Shown piece after piece: positions 48,565 to 58,065 of a DNA stretch of 64,000 bases (position 1 is the stretch's first letter; each line of letters begins with the position of its first letter). This DNA is from Nitrososphaeria archaeon (lineage in GTDB: Archaea; Thermoproteota; Nitrososphaeria; JACIWG01): contig JBEKIG010000003.1 of the NCBI GenBank assembly GCA_050011875.1, forward strand, positions 64,001-128,000, written 5' to 3'. The notes under the pieces are model-generated. The model did not search any database. It was given only the letters and a program-made list of their open reading frames with translations, and was not told the origin of the DNA. The translations under genes were made by a program, and so were the position numbers.

Positions 48565-49962
48565 CTAATCAGATACGTATATTACTCTGAGATCTTGAAC
48601 ATTTGTTCCAGTGCTACCTGTATAAATCAAGTCCTCAAGCCTTGCTAGAGCTTGGTACGAATTATGATCCTCTAACGCTTTATAGATGTCGACATCAAGC
48701 TCTCTAGCCCTCTTAACAGTAAATCCATCAGAAATGCCCCCGGCCACTTCGGTCGGCCCATCTGTGCCATCAGAGTCGACGCTCCCTACAGTTATTTTAT
48801 CGCTTCCTTCTATCCTGGTTGCTGACGCTAAAGCAAATTCCTGATTGCGACCACCCTTAACATCTTTTCCTACATACTTGCCCATGGTCACAATCAATTC
48901 ACCTCCCGATATAAGTGCACATGGGGATTTGAAGGGCCTTTTACGCTGTTCAACCTCACGTGCAATGCTCGCAAGTGTTCTAGCCGAATCCTTTGCTTCT
49001 GCACTTACTCTCTGAGCCAAGATCACGCTTCTTATCCCCATCTCCTCCGCCTTTCTCCTTGCACCCAGAAGCATATACTCGGCTGTCATGACAACATTTT
49101 TTCTAAAGTACACTTTAGAGAACTCTTCCCTGCTCGGAAGTTCATACCTCGGATCTGCCCTCTCAAATAGAGACTTTACTGAACGAGGAAGTTCGTCCCA
49201 AGCGCCATACTTTTTCACAATATTTATCGCGTCCTTGAATGTCGAGTAGGGTTCAGTATATGATAGTGTTTCTTCTGGCCAGAGTTCGTTAGTCAAAATA
49301 TAGATGTATTTGGCTGGATAGACGTACATGTTTATTCTGCCTCCACCTAACATCGAGAGATGATGCCTTACAACATTTAACTCCCAAATAGGTATACCTC
49401 GATCATAATATAGTAGAAGATAAGTTTTGGCCAAATCTTCTATGCTGACCTCTGGCGGTGGCAGAGCACTTAACGAAGTTGCACCGCCAGATCCCACATA
49501 TATTACAATATCGTCTTTGGTAGCTTTCTCAGCTATTTGCCTTATGCGTTCAGCGCCTTCCACTGAGTCTTCATCGGGTAGAGGATGGCCGGCAAAGGTT
49601 ACTTCAATTTTCTTAAGGTCGCTGCATTCCCCTTTTTTTATATTTATGTGACCCTCCGTAAGTCTATTTCCCAACACTTCCTCGAATACCTTAGCCATCC
49701 TTTGGACAGCCTTCCCAGCACCTATAACGTAGATGTTCTTTACCTCTGAAAGATCGAAAACATCTGATCCTATCATCAGTTTCCCTTTCTTTATACGAAC
49801 TATCTTACGCGTGTTAGGGTAAGGGTCCGCTGATCTTAATCCTTCCTCAAGAATTTGTATAACGATTTTGCGCCCTTCGATGTTTCCGTGTGAAGAAAGG
49901 ATATTAGAATTCTTGATAGGGTTAGATAGACTTAAAGGTCCTTGGACCCTTGAAGGCATCAT
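48565..49962 (-). CDS. Glycerate-2-kinase-like protein (DUF4147 + MOFRL), divergent
   Basis: VIGAGKA, AGHPLPD, SGGE..V, GGRNQE, SDGTDGPT, GSTGTNV.DL. Confidence 0.85.
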   Translation of the reverse strand: MMPSRVQGPLSLSNPIKNSNILSSHGNIEGRKIVIQILEEGLRSADPYPNTRKIVRIKKGKLMIGSDVFDLSEVKNIYVIGAGKAVQRMAKVFEEVLGNRLTEGHINIKKGECSDLKKIEVTFAGHPLPDEDSVEGAERIRQIAEKATKDDIVIYVGSGGATSLSALPPPEVSIEDLAKTYLLLYYDRGIPIWELNVVRHHLSMLGGGRINMYVYPAKYIYILTNELWPEETLSYTEPYSTFKDAINIVKKYGAWDELPRSVKSLFERADPRYELPSREEFSKVYFRKNVVMTAEYMLLGARRKAEEMGIRSVILAQRVSAEAKDSARTLASIAREVEQRKRPFKSPCALISGGELIVTMGKYVGKDVKGGRNQEFALASATRIEGSDKITVGSVDSDGTDGPTEVAGGISDGFTVKRARELDVDIYKALEDHNSYQALARLEDLIYTGSTGTNVQDLRVIYVSD

Positions 49963-50035
49963 TTTTCAATTTCTAACAATGCTTATAAACTTTAGACGGA
50001 GGAGACGCAGAAAATAGTATCTGAAAATTCTATTT

Positions 50036-50722
50036 TCAGTGAAAGATAATCTTTAAAGTTTTTTTCGATTCATTTATCATATCATTTAAAGCCTCAAACG
50101 CTCTACCAACGTCTTCGTTTTTCACTAGAATAACAGTATCAGTATAAGAACTTGTAGTATCTTCAATGTTGACACCCGATGTGAAAAGCTTTTCATATAT
50201 TGATATCGCACACCCGGGAACATCTGTAATATCCGGTGGACTGCCTACAATTATTGCCGCAAGTCCTTTCCGGAATTCTAACGAAGAGCCTTTACCTAAG
50301 AAGTCCCAAGCATCCATCGATTGATCTTCATCCATGATTATAGTTATGGCGGAAGTTCCTAAAGAAATATGTATAATAGATTGTAAGAATTTTCTTATGA
50401 ATTCAGTAAATCTGATCATCATCGCTCTCGTCTTCTCGACAGTTATCTTTGCAACACCCGTTTTGACGGAAATGTCGCTGTCTGCTAATATCATAATAAC
50501 ATTCTTATTCATTTGTGGAATAGCCGGTTTGAACCTCTTAAGCGCTGTGACTATACTCTGATATTCAACATCATACCCCATTCTCCTGTCAACCATTGGC
50601 TTTATCATCCTAGCTATCGCGCTATAGTTGGAATATCCTCCTTTAATTGAAGCCTGAAGGAAAATGTCATTTGAAACTATATCTTTTACGCTTAAAGTTA
50701 TGCTTTGACCAATATTGGTCAT
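50036..50722 (-). CDS. ACT-domain protein, probable amino-acid-responsive regulator divergent from argG
   Basis: N-terminal NYSAIARMI...VTALKR helix bundle and C-terminal ACT (DVPG..I...L...GVNI...SSYTD). ATG at 50722. Confidence 0.75.
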   Translation of the reverse strand: MTNIGQSITLSVKDIVSNDIFLQASIKGGYSNYSAIARMIKPMVDRRMGYDVEYQSIVTALKRFKPAIPQMNKNVIMILADSDISVKTGVAKITVEKTRAMMIRFTEFIRKFLQSIIHISLGTSAITIIMDEDQSMDAWDFLGKGSSLEFRKGLAAIIVGSPPDITDVPGCAISIYEKLFTSGVNIEDTTSSYTDTVILVKNEDVGRAFEALNDMINESKKTLKIIFH

Positions 50723-50763
50723 AATTATTTCCAATTGGACAAAAATAACCAAAAAATATATAA
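50706..50763. promoter_or_regulatory. Palindromic operator-like array plus argG TATA box
   Basis: TGACCAATATTGGTCA (50706-50721), TCCAATTGGA (50730-50739) and TTGG-N10-CCAA (50735-50752), followed by TATATAAA (50757-50764). Confidence 0.45.
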
Positions 50764-50789
50764 ACTTATCTATTGGAAGCAAAAATCCT

Positions 50790-51998
50790 ATGCCTAAAGA
50801 GAAAATAGTGCTAGCCTATTCTGGTGGTTTAGATACTTCCGTGATGATAAGGTGGTTACCAGAAAAGTACGGGTACGATGTTATAACCGTCATAGTTAAC
50901 CTTGGTCAAAAAGAAGATTTCAAAACAATTGAAGAAAGAGCATATCAAATCGGTGCAATCAAACACTACACGATCGATGCACAGGACGAATTTGTTGACT
51001 CATATATCACAACGGCAATAAACGCCAATGGCCTTTATGAAGGGAAATACCCTCTTAGTACGGCTATTGGGAGACCTCTTATAGTAAAAAAACTCGTTGA
51101 GATTGCAGAAAAAGAGGGGGCGCAAGCTATCGCTCACGGATGCACTGGAAAAGGAAACGATCAAGTTAGGTTTGAAGTTACAGCAAAAGCGTTGAACTCG
51201 TCCCTTAAGATTATTGCACCAGTAAGGGAATGGAATCTGAGCAGGCAGGAGGAAATTGAATACGCTAAAGAACATGGCATAACGATTCAAAGAAGTGCGA
51301 AAAAATATAGCATAGACCAAAATTTGTGGGGAAGATCGATAGAAGGCGGCTCCCTTGAAGACCCAATGAGTGAACCAGAAGAAGACGTTTACGAATGGAT
51401 TACACCGGCATCTAAGGCACCAATTACACCAGCCTATGCGGAGGTTGAATTTGAGGAAGGAAACCCCGTGTCATTAGATGGAAAAAAAAGAAGCTTAAAG
51501 GACATAGTATTCCTGCTTAACAAGCTTGCGGGAGAAAATGGTGTAGGCTTGATAGATCACATCGAAGATAGACTTGTCGGCATAAAAAGCAGAGAAGTTT
51601 ACGAATGCCCTGCGGCTGTAACACTTATAGAGGCACATAAAGCTCTTGAAAAGATGGTTTTGACAAGACATGAACTAGCTTTTAAAGAGGCGGTCGATTC
51701 CGAATGGTCAAGACTCACCTATTTCGGTCTTTGGATGGATCCTCTGAGAGAAGATTTAGAGGCTTTTATTAAACATTCACAGAAGAGAGTTTATGGCAGA
51801 GTTAAGATTAAATTTTATAAGGGAAGTTTATCGATTGCGGGCCTTGAATCTCCTTACTCGCTCTATGATAAAGCACTCTCAACATACGGCATAGATTCAA
51901 CCTTTGATCAAAAGGATTCAGCTGGATTCATTGAGATCTGGGGCCTCCAGTCAAGAATAGCGTCAGAGGTTCAAAGAAAAGCGGGAGCCAACAAATGA
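50790..51998 (+). CDS. argG: Argininosuccinate synthase
   Basis: LAYSGGLDTS, HGCTGKGNDQVRF, SIDQNLWGRS, GIKSREVYE. ATG at 50790. Confidence 0.97.
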   Translation: MPKEKIVLAYSGGLDTSVMIRWLPEKYGYDVITVIVNLGQKEDFKTIEERAYQIGAIKHYTIDAQDEFVDSYITTAINANGLYEGKYPLSTAIGRPLIVKKLVEIAEKEGAQAIAHGCTGKGNDQVRFEVTAKALNSSLKIIAPVREWNLSRQEEIEYAKEHGITIQRSAKKYSIDQNLWGRSIEGGSLEDPMSEPEEDVYEWITPASKAPITPAYAEVEFEEGNPVSLDGKKRSLKDIVFLLNKLAGENGVGLIDHIEDRLVGIKSREVYECPAAVTLIEAHKALEKMVLTRHELAFKEAVDSEWSRLTYFGLWMDPLREDLEAFIKHSQKRVYGRVKIKFYKGSLSIAGLESPYSLYDKALSTYGIDSTFDQKDSAGFIEIWGLQSRIASEVQRKAGANK

Positions 51999-53473
51999 AC
52001 GATTTGCTGAGAGGTAAACGGCTAGAGGAAATGAACGAGAAAGCTCTGAATTACACAGCTTCAATTGACTTTGATTCACCACTGCTCCCTTCAGTTATAA
52101 AAATAAACAAGGCACATACGATAGCCCTTTATGATGCAGGTGTTCTCAGTGGGCCTGACGCTTTAAGACTACTCAAGGGGTTGAACATAAAGGAGGAACT
52201 TCCAAAGGAATCGAGGCTTGAAGACGTACACATGTTTGTCGAGCAAAGGGTTAGGGAAAAAACTGGAGAAATAGGAGGCTATCTAAATTTAGGAAAAAGC
52301 AGGAACGACCAGGTGGCTACTGCCATAAAAATGGTGACAAGAGAATATATTATAGCTACTATGTCATCTCTTCTAAACCTGTCTGAAACCTTAGTGAACA
52401 AAGCTGAAAGGTCAACGGAAATGGTTATGCCTGTGTACACACATCTACAAGTAGCGCAACCAATAACATTCGCTCATTGGCTTCTAGCCTATGAAAGCAT
52501 GATTTCGCGTGACATGAGCAGACTAAGTGAAAACTATAGAAGGGTAAACTCTTCGCCGATGGGTGCAGCAGCTTCAGCAGGCACAACCGTCAAAATCAAC
52601 CGAAAGGAAGTGGCGGACTACCTCGGATTCGCATCCGTCGTAGGAAATTCGATCGATGCAGTAAGTTCAAGGGACACCCTACTTGAATTCATCTTCATTA
52701 CTTCGTCGATAGCTCTTACTTTGAGCAGGCTCAGTGAAGACATAAACTTTATGTCAAACAACGAGACAGGCATTCTGATTGTACCAGACTCATATGCTTC
52801 AACAAGCAGTGCGATGCCTCAAAAGAAGAATTCAGTAGTGACAGAAATTGCGAGGGCATGCCCTGGGATAATCTTGGGCAACTTGGTAAGCACAATATGT
52901 GTCTATAAAGCGTTGCCGTCATCATACAATCTTGATCTACAAGAAATGACGCCAAAAATGTCTGAAAGTTACTTGCTTATCCAAACGACCATCGATGTAA
53001 TGATAGGCTTAATAGAAGGCCTCAAATTCAACGAAAAAAGAAGTGAAAACATTCTTATAAAAAATTTTTCTACCGCAATGGAAACAGCTGAATATATTAC
53101 AATAAAAATGGGAATACCATTTAGGGAAGCACATCATATATTAGGGGCTTATGTGAGGGAATGTTTAGAAAAAGAGTTAGAGCCTCTTTCCAAAGAAGCA
53201 TACTCAGTATTTCTAAAAGAGCTCACTCCGTACAAAAAAAACGCAATCAATTTTAAAAAGTACAAGTCACTTTTGGACCCTAAACAAAGCGTCATCAAAA
53301 AGACTATATACGGGGGACCTAGTCCTTCGAATACAATAAAGATGGTGTCAGAAGGACGCTTGTATATTATTAAGTATAGGGAAAACATAAGAAAAGAGGC
53401 CGAACGATTAATTAAAGCGTCTTCAAAATTAGATCAAAAAGTTGCAGAAATAATTGGAGGTGAATCATCTTGA
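51995..53473 (+). CDS. argH: Argininosuccinate lyase
   Basis: EDVH, GKSRNDQ, YTHLQ.AQP, SSAMPQKKNS, PFREAH. Confidence 0.95.
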   Translation: MNDLLRGKRLEEMNEKALNYTASIDFDSPLLPSVIKINKAHTIALYDAGVLSGPDALRLLKGLNIKEELPKESRLEDVHMFVEQRVREKTGEIGGYLNLGKSRNDQVATAIKMVTREYIIATMSSLLNLSETLVNKAERSTEMVMPVYTHLQVAQPITFAHWLLAYESMISRDMSRLSENYRRVNSSPMGAAASAGTTVKINRKEVADYLGFASVVGNSIDAVSSRDTLLEFIFITSSIALTLSRLSEDINFMSNNETGILIVPDSYASTSSAMPQKKNSVVTEIARACPGIILGNLVSTICVYKALPSSYNLDLQEMTPKMSESYLLIQTTIDVMIGLIEGLKFNEKRSENILIKNFSTAMETAEYITIKMGIPFREAHHILGAYVRECLEKELEPLSKEAYSVFLKELTPYKKNAINFKKYKSLLDPKQSVIKKTIYGGPSPSNTIKMVSEGRLYIIKYRENIRKEAERLIKASSKLDQKVAEIIGGESS

Positions 53474-53643
53474 AAACCGTGTGTGAAACATGTGGCGGAG
53501 AAATAGAAGTCCCCGACGACGCTATTAAAGGCGAAATAGTTAGTTGCCCAGACTGTGGCACAGAATTTGAGGTTATCGAAATCAAGAACGGAGTCGCGTC
53601 GCTAAAGTCTGCAGAAGAAATAGGAGAAGATTGGGGAGAATAA
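53470..53643 (+). CDS. lysW: Amino-group carrier protein LysW (57 aa, missing from ORF track)
   Basis: TTG start after GGAGGTGA. MKTVCETCGGEIEVPDDAIKGEIVSCPDCGTEFEV...AEEIGEDWGE*, with two CxxC and the terminal EDWGE. Confidence 0.97.
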   Translation: MKTVCETCGGEIEVPDDAIKGEIVSCPDCGTEFEVIEIKNGVASLKSAEEIGEDWGE

Positions 53644-53651
53644 GGAGCAAA

Positions 53652-54506
53652 ATGCTTCTATCCATACTATATGACAGACTTCGATGGGAAGAAAAAGCTC
53701 TTGCTGAAGAAGCTAATAAGATGGGGCTTAACGTAGACTTGGTCGACGCGAAAACCTGCCCTCTAGAACTTGTCGGAAACGCCGTATCAAAGACTCCTTT
53801 TGGAGATGTGGTCTTGGAAAGGTGTATGAGCCACATGAGGGGGCTCTATTGTGCTGCGATACTTGAAAAGGAGAAGGTCGTCATCAACAGCTTTGATGTC
53901 CTTTCTATAACAAGTAATAAACTTCTAACAACATTAGCTTTAGATAAAGCTAAAATACCCACCCCAAGGACAGCGGCCGCTTTCTCACAGGAATCAGCAC
54001 TTGAGCTAGCCGACAGAATGGGGTACCCTCTAGTAATAAAACCAATTGTGGGAAGCTGGGGGAAGATGATTGCCTGCCTAAGGGATAAACGCGAAGCGCA
54101 GGCCCTGTTTGAGACAAGGGAAATGCTTCATGAACCTCTTCAACAAATCTACTACCTGCAGGAATATATTCGAAGACCCCCAAGAGATATCAGAGCAATA
54201 GTCATAGGCGATAATCTCTTAACATCAATATTCAGATATCAGCCTGACGACGACTGGAGGACAAATGTCGCTCGCGGAGGTTATTCCGAATTGGCTTCAC
54301 TTGATAAAGACCAGGAAGAGCTCATACTTAAGGCGGCCGATGCTGTCGGAGGCGGCGTGCTTGGAGTTGATGCAATGGAAAGTGAGAGAGGACTTCTCAT
54401 ACATGAAATAAATGGAAGTGTTGAGTTCAAGGGGGCTTCAAGTGTTTCCACAGTTAATATACCAAAGGCGATAGCAGGGTACGCGTTGGAAAAGGCGAAA
54501 AAATAA
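53652..54506 (+). CDS. argX: Glutamate--LysW ligase (ArgX-type ATP-grasp)
   Basis: RWEEK, KP.VGSWG, WRTNVARGG, EINGSVEFKG (ArgX-like signature). Follows argGH-lysW. Confidence 0.8.
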   Translation: MLLSILYDRLRWEEKALAEEANKMGLNVDLVDAKTCPLELVGNAVSKTPFGDVVLERCMSHMRGLYCAAILEKEKVVINSFDVLSITSNKLLTTLALDKAKIPTPRTAAAFSQESALELADRMGYPLVIKPIVGSWGKMIACLRDKREAQALFETREMLHEPLQQIYYLQEYIRRPPRDIRAIVIGDNLLTSIFRYQPDDDWRTNVARGGYSELASLDKDQEELILKAADAVGGGVLGVDAMESERGLLIHEINGSVEFKGASSVSTVNIPKAIAGYALEKAKK

Positions 54507-55558
54507 TGGTGAAAGTGGGGATAATAGGAGCGTCTGGTTACGTTGGAGGAGAACTTCTTAGACTATTACTGATACATAACGGGGTTGAAGTCTCTCTAGC
54601 AACTTCGAGACAGCATGTGGGAGAATACGTCTTCAAAGTTCATCCCAATCTGAAGGGAACAACAAACCTTCAGTTTTCAGCAGATGATCCGATTACAGCT
54701 GCCTCAAAAGTGGACGTTGTTTTCTTATCTGCCCCACATGGTACCTCCTCTAAGATTGTACCGAAACTTATAGCAACAGGAACAAGGATAATCGACATGG
54801 GCGCGGACTTTAGGCTCAAGGATCCCAAAGCCTACGACAAATGGTATGGTTGGACTCATCCAGCCCCCGATCTTCTTAACAGATTTGTCTATGGATTACC
54901 TGAGCTTCATAGAGAAGAGCTAAAGTCTACAAAATACGTAGCTGTGCCAGGATGTATGGCCACATCATCTATTGTTAGCCTTGCTCCTTTGGCTAAGGCA
55001 GGATTAACCGAAAAAACTGTGATAGTGGATGCGAAGATAGGCTCTTCTGGCGCAGGGGGTAAACCATCTCTTTCAACACACTTTTCTGAACGGTTCGGAG
55101 TCGTGAGAGCGTATAAGCCTGTTGCGCATCGCCACACTGCTGAAATAGAACAAGAGTTAAAATATGTGTCGGGTAAAGAGACCGAAATTGGAATGACAGC
55201 ACATGCTGTAAACATGGTGAGGGGAATACTTACGACCTCACATGTGATGAAGACATCTAGACCTGACGCGGCTACTGTTTGGAAGGCTTATAGAAACTTC
55301 TACAAGGACGAGCCATTTGTAAGGTTCATAATGGACAAGAAAGGCCTATACAAGTATCCGGACCCGAAGATAACCATTGGATCGAACTTTGCAGACGTAG
55401 GTTTTGAAATAGACCCCCATGTTGACCGAATTGTTGTATTTGGAGCTATTGACAACCTCATCAAGGGAGCAGCAGGAAACGCCGTGCAATCAATGAATAT
55501 AATGATGGGCTTCGGCGAGAAAGAAGGATTGAACCTACCGGCACTGCACCCGGTGTAA
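54506..55558 (+). CDS. lysY: [LysW]-aminoadipyl/glutamyl-phosphate reductase
   Basis: GASGYVGGEL, ADFRL, YGLPE, PGCMAT, GSSGAG, HRH, DNLIKGAAG. Confidence 0.93.
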   Translation: MVKVGIIGASGYVGGELLRLLLIHNGVEVSLATSRQHVGEYVFKVHPNLKGTTNLQFSADDPITAASKVDVVFLSAPHGTSSKIVPKLIATGTRIIDMGADFRLKDPKAYDKWYGWTHPAPDLLNRFVYGLPELHREELKSTKYVAVPGCMATSSIVSLAPLAKAGLTEKTVIVDAKIGSSGAGGKPSLSTHFSERFGVVRAYKPVAHRHTAEIEQELKYVSGKETEIGMTAHAVNMVRGILTTSHVMKTSRPDAATVWKAYRNFYKDEPFVRFIMDKKGLYKYPDPKITIGSNFADVGFEIDPHVDRIVVFGAIDNLIKGAAGNAVQSMNIMMGFGEKEGLNLPALHPV

Positions 55559-55563
55559 TTAAA

Positions 55564-56370
55564 ATGGTAACTGTCGTGAAAGTGGGAGGCAGCCTCCTTA
55601 AACTTGGACCCCCTGAAAATATCCTTTCAGATTTCTGCAAAGCGCTGCAGGAAGAAAAGCTAGTTTTAGTCCATGGAGGGGGATTTGAAGTCACCGAGGT
55701 AGCTGAAAAGCTGGGAAAGAAGCAAGAGTTTGTCGTCTCTCCAGAGGGGATAAGAAGCAGATACACGGACAGGGAAACAGTGGATATATATACAATGGTT
55801 ATGAAAGGAAAGATAAATTCTGAAATCGTACTCGCTCTTGAAGGGAAAGGAGTGAAAACCGTTGGAATAGCCGGATTCGATGGTAAACTTCTTGTAGCAG
55901 AAAGAAAGAAGAGACTCCTTACAGTAGACAGCAGAGGTAGAAGGGTGGCCTTAGAGGGAGGCTATACTGGAAAAATAATCAGTGTAAACAGCAACATACT
56001 TGAGACGCTCTTAAAAGAAGACTTCGTCCCCGTCGTATCGCCGATAGCCTTAGGAACAGAAGGCGAACCTCTAAACGTGGATGGAGACAGAGCCGCAGCG
56101 TATATTGCGGGCGGATTAAAAGCCGAAAGGGTCGTCTTCTTAACGGATGTCAATGGCGTCCTTATCGACGGACAGCTTGTCAAGGAACTTACTTTAGCGG
56201 ACGCAAGTGCCAGCATCAGAAAGGTGGGTCACGGTATGGATAAAAAGATCCTTGCGGCCGTTGAAGCCATAGAACAGGGGGCGAAAGAGAGCATAATATC
56301 TTCAGGAAGCTTAGATAATCCCATAACGAACAGTTTAAGGGGGCAAAATAGGACGGTGATAAGGAAATGA
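55564..56370 (+). CDS. lysZ: [LysW]-aminoadipate/glutamate kinase
   Basis: VVKVGGS, VHGGG, SP.G.RSRYTD, GGYTGKI, LNVDGDRAA. Confidence 0.93.
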   Translation: MVTVVKVGGSLLKLGPPENILSDFCKALQEEKLVLVHGGGFEVTEVAEKLGKKQEFVVSPEGIRSRYTDRETVDIYTMVMKGKINSEIVLALEGKGVKTVGIAGFDGKLLVAERKKRLLTVDSRGRRVALEGGYTGKIISVNSNILETLLKEDFVPVVSPIALGTEGEPLNVDGDRAAAYIAGGLKAERVVFLTDVNGVLIDGQLVKELTLADASASIRKVGHGMDKKILAAVEAIEQGAKESIISSGSLDNPITNSLRGQNRTVIRK

Positions 56371-57572
56371 CGATGACATTCGATGAAATTAGAGCTTTAG
56401 AAGACGCACACATAGCACATACATACCAGAAGCTTCCAATTGCGATAGCAAGAGGAAAGGGCACTAGAATCTGGGACGTCAATGGGAAAGAGTACATAGA
56501 CTATATGGGTGGCTATGGCGTTGCGATACTTGGGCAATCGTATCCTAAGGTTATTAACGCAATAAAGGAGCAGATTGACAGATTAATGATTTTGCACAGC
56601 TCATTGTACAACGAGCAAAGGGCACTGTTTGTTAAAAAACTCGTTTCAGTGAGTCCAAGTGGACTCGATATGGTGTACCTGTCAAACAGTGGAGCCGAAG
56701 CCCTTGAAGCCGCGTTGAAGATTGCTGTCAAATACTCTAAGAGAAAGAAGATACTCGCAATGAAGGGAGCCTATCATGGAAAAACTCTCGGCGCACTCTC
56801 ACTGACATACGGAGAAAAATATCGGACATCATTCGATGAATTTGTATACAAGGGGGTTGAATTCGCCGAATTCGGTAATCTTGATGATGTTGAGAGGGAA
56901 AGAAATTTAGACGAATTCGCGGCCATATTTGTCGAGCCAGTTCAAGGTGAAGGAGGGATAAAAATACCTCCTGAGGGGTTCTTTAAAGGTTTGAGGGAGA
57001 TAGCGGACAAGCATGGCTCGCTCTTGGTGGTTGATGAAGTTCAAAGCGGACTTGGTAGAACCGGTAAAATGTGGGCGCACCAGCATTGGGGAATAATACC
57101 TGACATAATGACCATAGGCAAAGGTATTGGAGGAGGTATCCCGATGGCTGCAACGATAGGTAAAACAGAATATTTGAGCACTTTAGAAGTTGGAGAGCAC
57201 ACAAGTACTATGGGAGGAAACCCAATAGCGTGCGCGGCGGGAAGGGCTGTGCTTGAATCCCTATACGATGACGGTGTAGTCGACAAAGCTAGAATATCAG
57301 GCGAATACCTCCAAAAAGAACTCAGAGAACAGGTTGGAAGTTCAAAGATTGTTAGAGAGCTGAGGGGAAAGGGGTTGATGATAGCTTTAGAGCTTAAGGT
57401 AAGGTTTCATGATATATTATTTAAAGCGATTGAATCGGGTCTGATTACGTTGTATTCAGGCAAGACCATACTCAGGCTACTTCCTCCACTGATTATAGAT
57501 CAAGAGGACATCACCAAGGGAACGTCGATACTAAGAGAATCGTTAAATTGGTACGAAAATCAACATATTTAG
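56367..57572 (+). CDS. lysJ: [LysW]-semialdehyde transaminase
   Basis: NSGAEA.EAA.K, YHGKT, EPVQGEGG, DEVQSGLGRTG, GKGIGGG, HTSTMGGNP. Confidence 0.92.
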   Translation: MTMTFDEIRALEDAHIAHTYQKLPIAIARGKGTRIWDVNGKEYIDYMGGYGVAILGQSYPKVINAIKEQIDRLMILHSSLYNEQRALFVKKLVSVSPSGLDMVYLSNSGAEALEAALKIAVKYSKRKKILAMKGAYHGKTLGALSLTYGEKYRTSFDEFVYKGVEFAEFGNLDDVERERNLDEFAAIFVEPVQGEGGIKIPPEGFFKGLREIADKHGSLLVVDEVQSGLGRTGKMWAHQHWGIIPDIMTIGKGIGGGIPMAATIGKTEYLSTLEVGEHTSTMGGNPIACAAGRAVLESLYDDGVVDKARISGEYLQKELREQVGSSKIVRELRGKGLMIALELKVRFHDILFKAIESGLITLYSGKTILRLLPPLIIDQEDITKGTSILRESLNWYENQHI

Positions 57573-57612
57573 AAGGAAAATGTTTTAAATAAGCCGCTTT
57601 TAAGGCTATGAT

Positions 57613-58029
57613 ATGGAATTTGATAGGATAGATGCTGCGATTATCGAATCACTGGAAGAGAATTCAAGGACTTCTTACATAGAAATAGGGAAAAAGGTTG
57701 GCCTATCTGAAGCAGCTGTCAGAAGAAGGATAAAGAAACTTTTAGAGGAGGGGATAATAAGAAAATTTACAATAGATGTGAAGGAAGAAGCTGCTCACGC
57801 GTTCACCCTGATAGCCGTCAATCCGTCGACTCCTACATTCGAAGTTTCGAAGTCCATAAAGGAGATTAAAGGAGTTAAACTGGTGTACGAAATAACAGGG
57901 CAATATGATATTTTAGCCTTCATAGGTGGACCCAATATTACGGAAGTCAACACGTACGTTGAAGAAATACGAAAAACGAATGGCGTACTTAGAACTAATA
58001 CTGTAATTATTTTGAAGGAAGTTACCTAA
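57613..58029 (+). CDS. lysM: Lrp/AsnC regulator LysM
   Basis: D.ID..I...L.ENSR.S..EI...VGLSE.AVRRRI, YEITGQYDI. Located inside the lys cluster. Confidence 0.88.
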   Translation: MEFDRIDAAIIESLEENSRTSYIEIGKKVGLSEAAVRRRIKKLLEEGIIRKFTIDVKEEAAHAFTLIAVNPSTPTFEVSKSIKEIKGVKLVYEITGQYDILAFIGGPNITEVNTYVEEIRKTNGVLRTNTVIILKEVT

Positions 58030-58065
58030 AACACTGTAACAGATTATAACCTGAAGGTTTTAAAA

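Noticed and set aside
50715-50789. Longer track starts for argG (50715) and the ACT gene (50782)
   Set aside because: They would overlap each other and the TATA box. Homology begins at 50790 and 50722.
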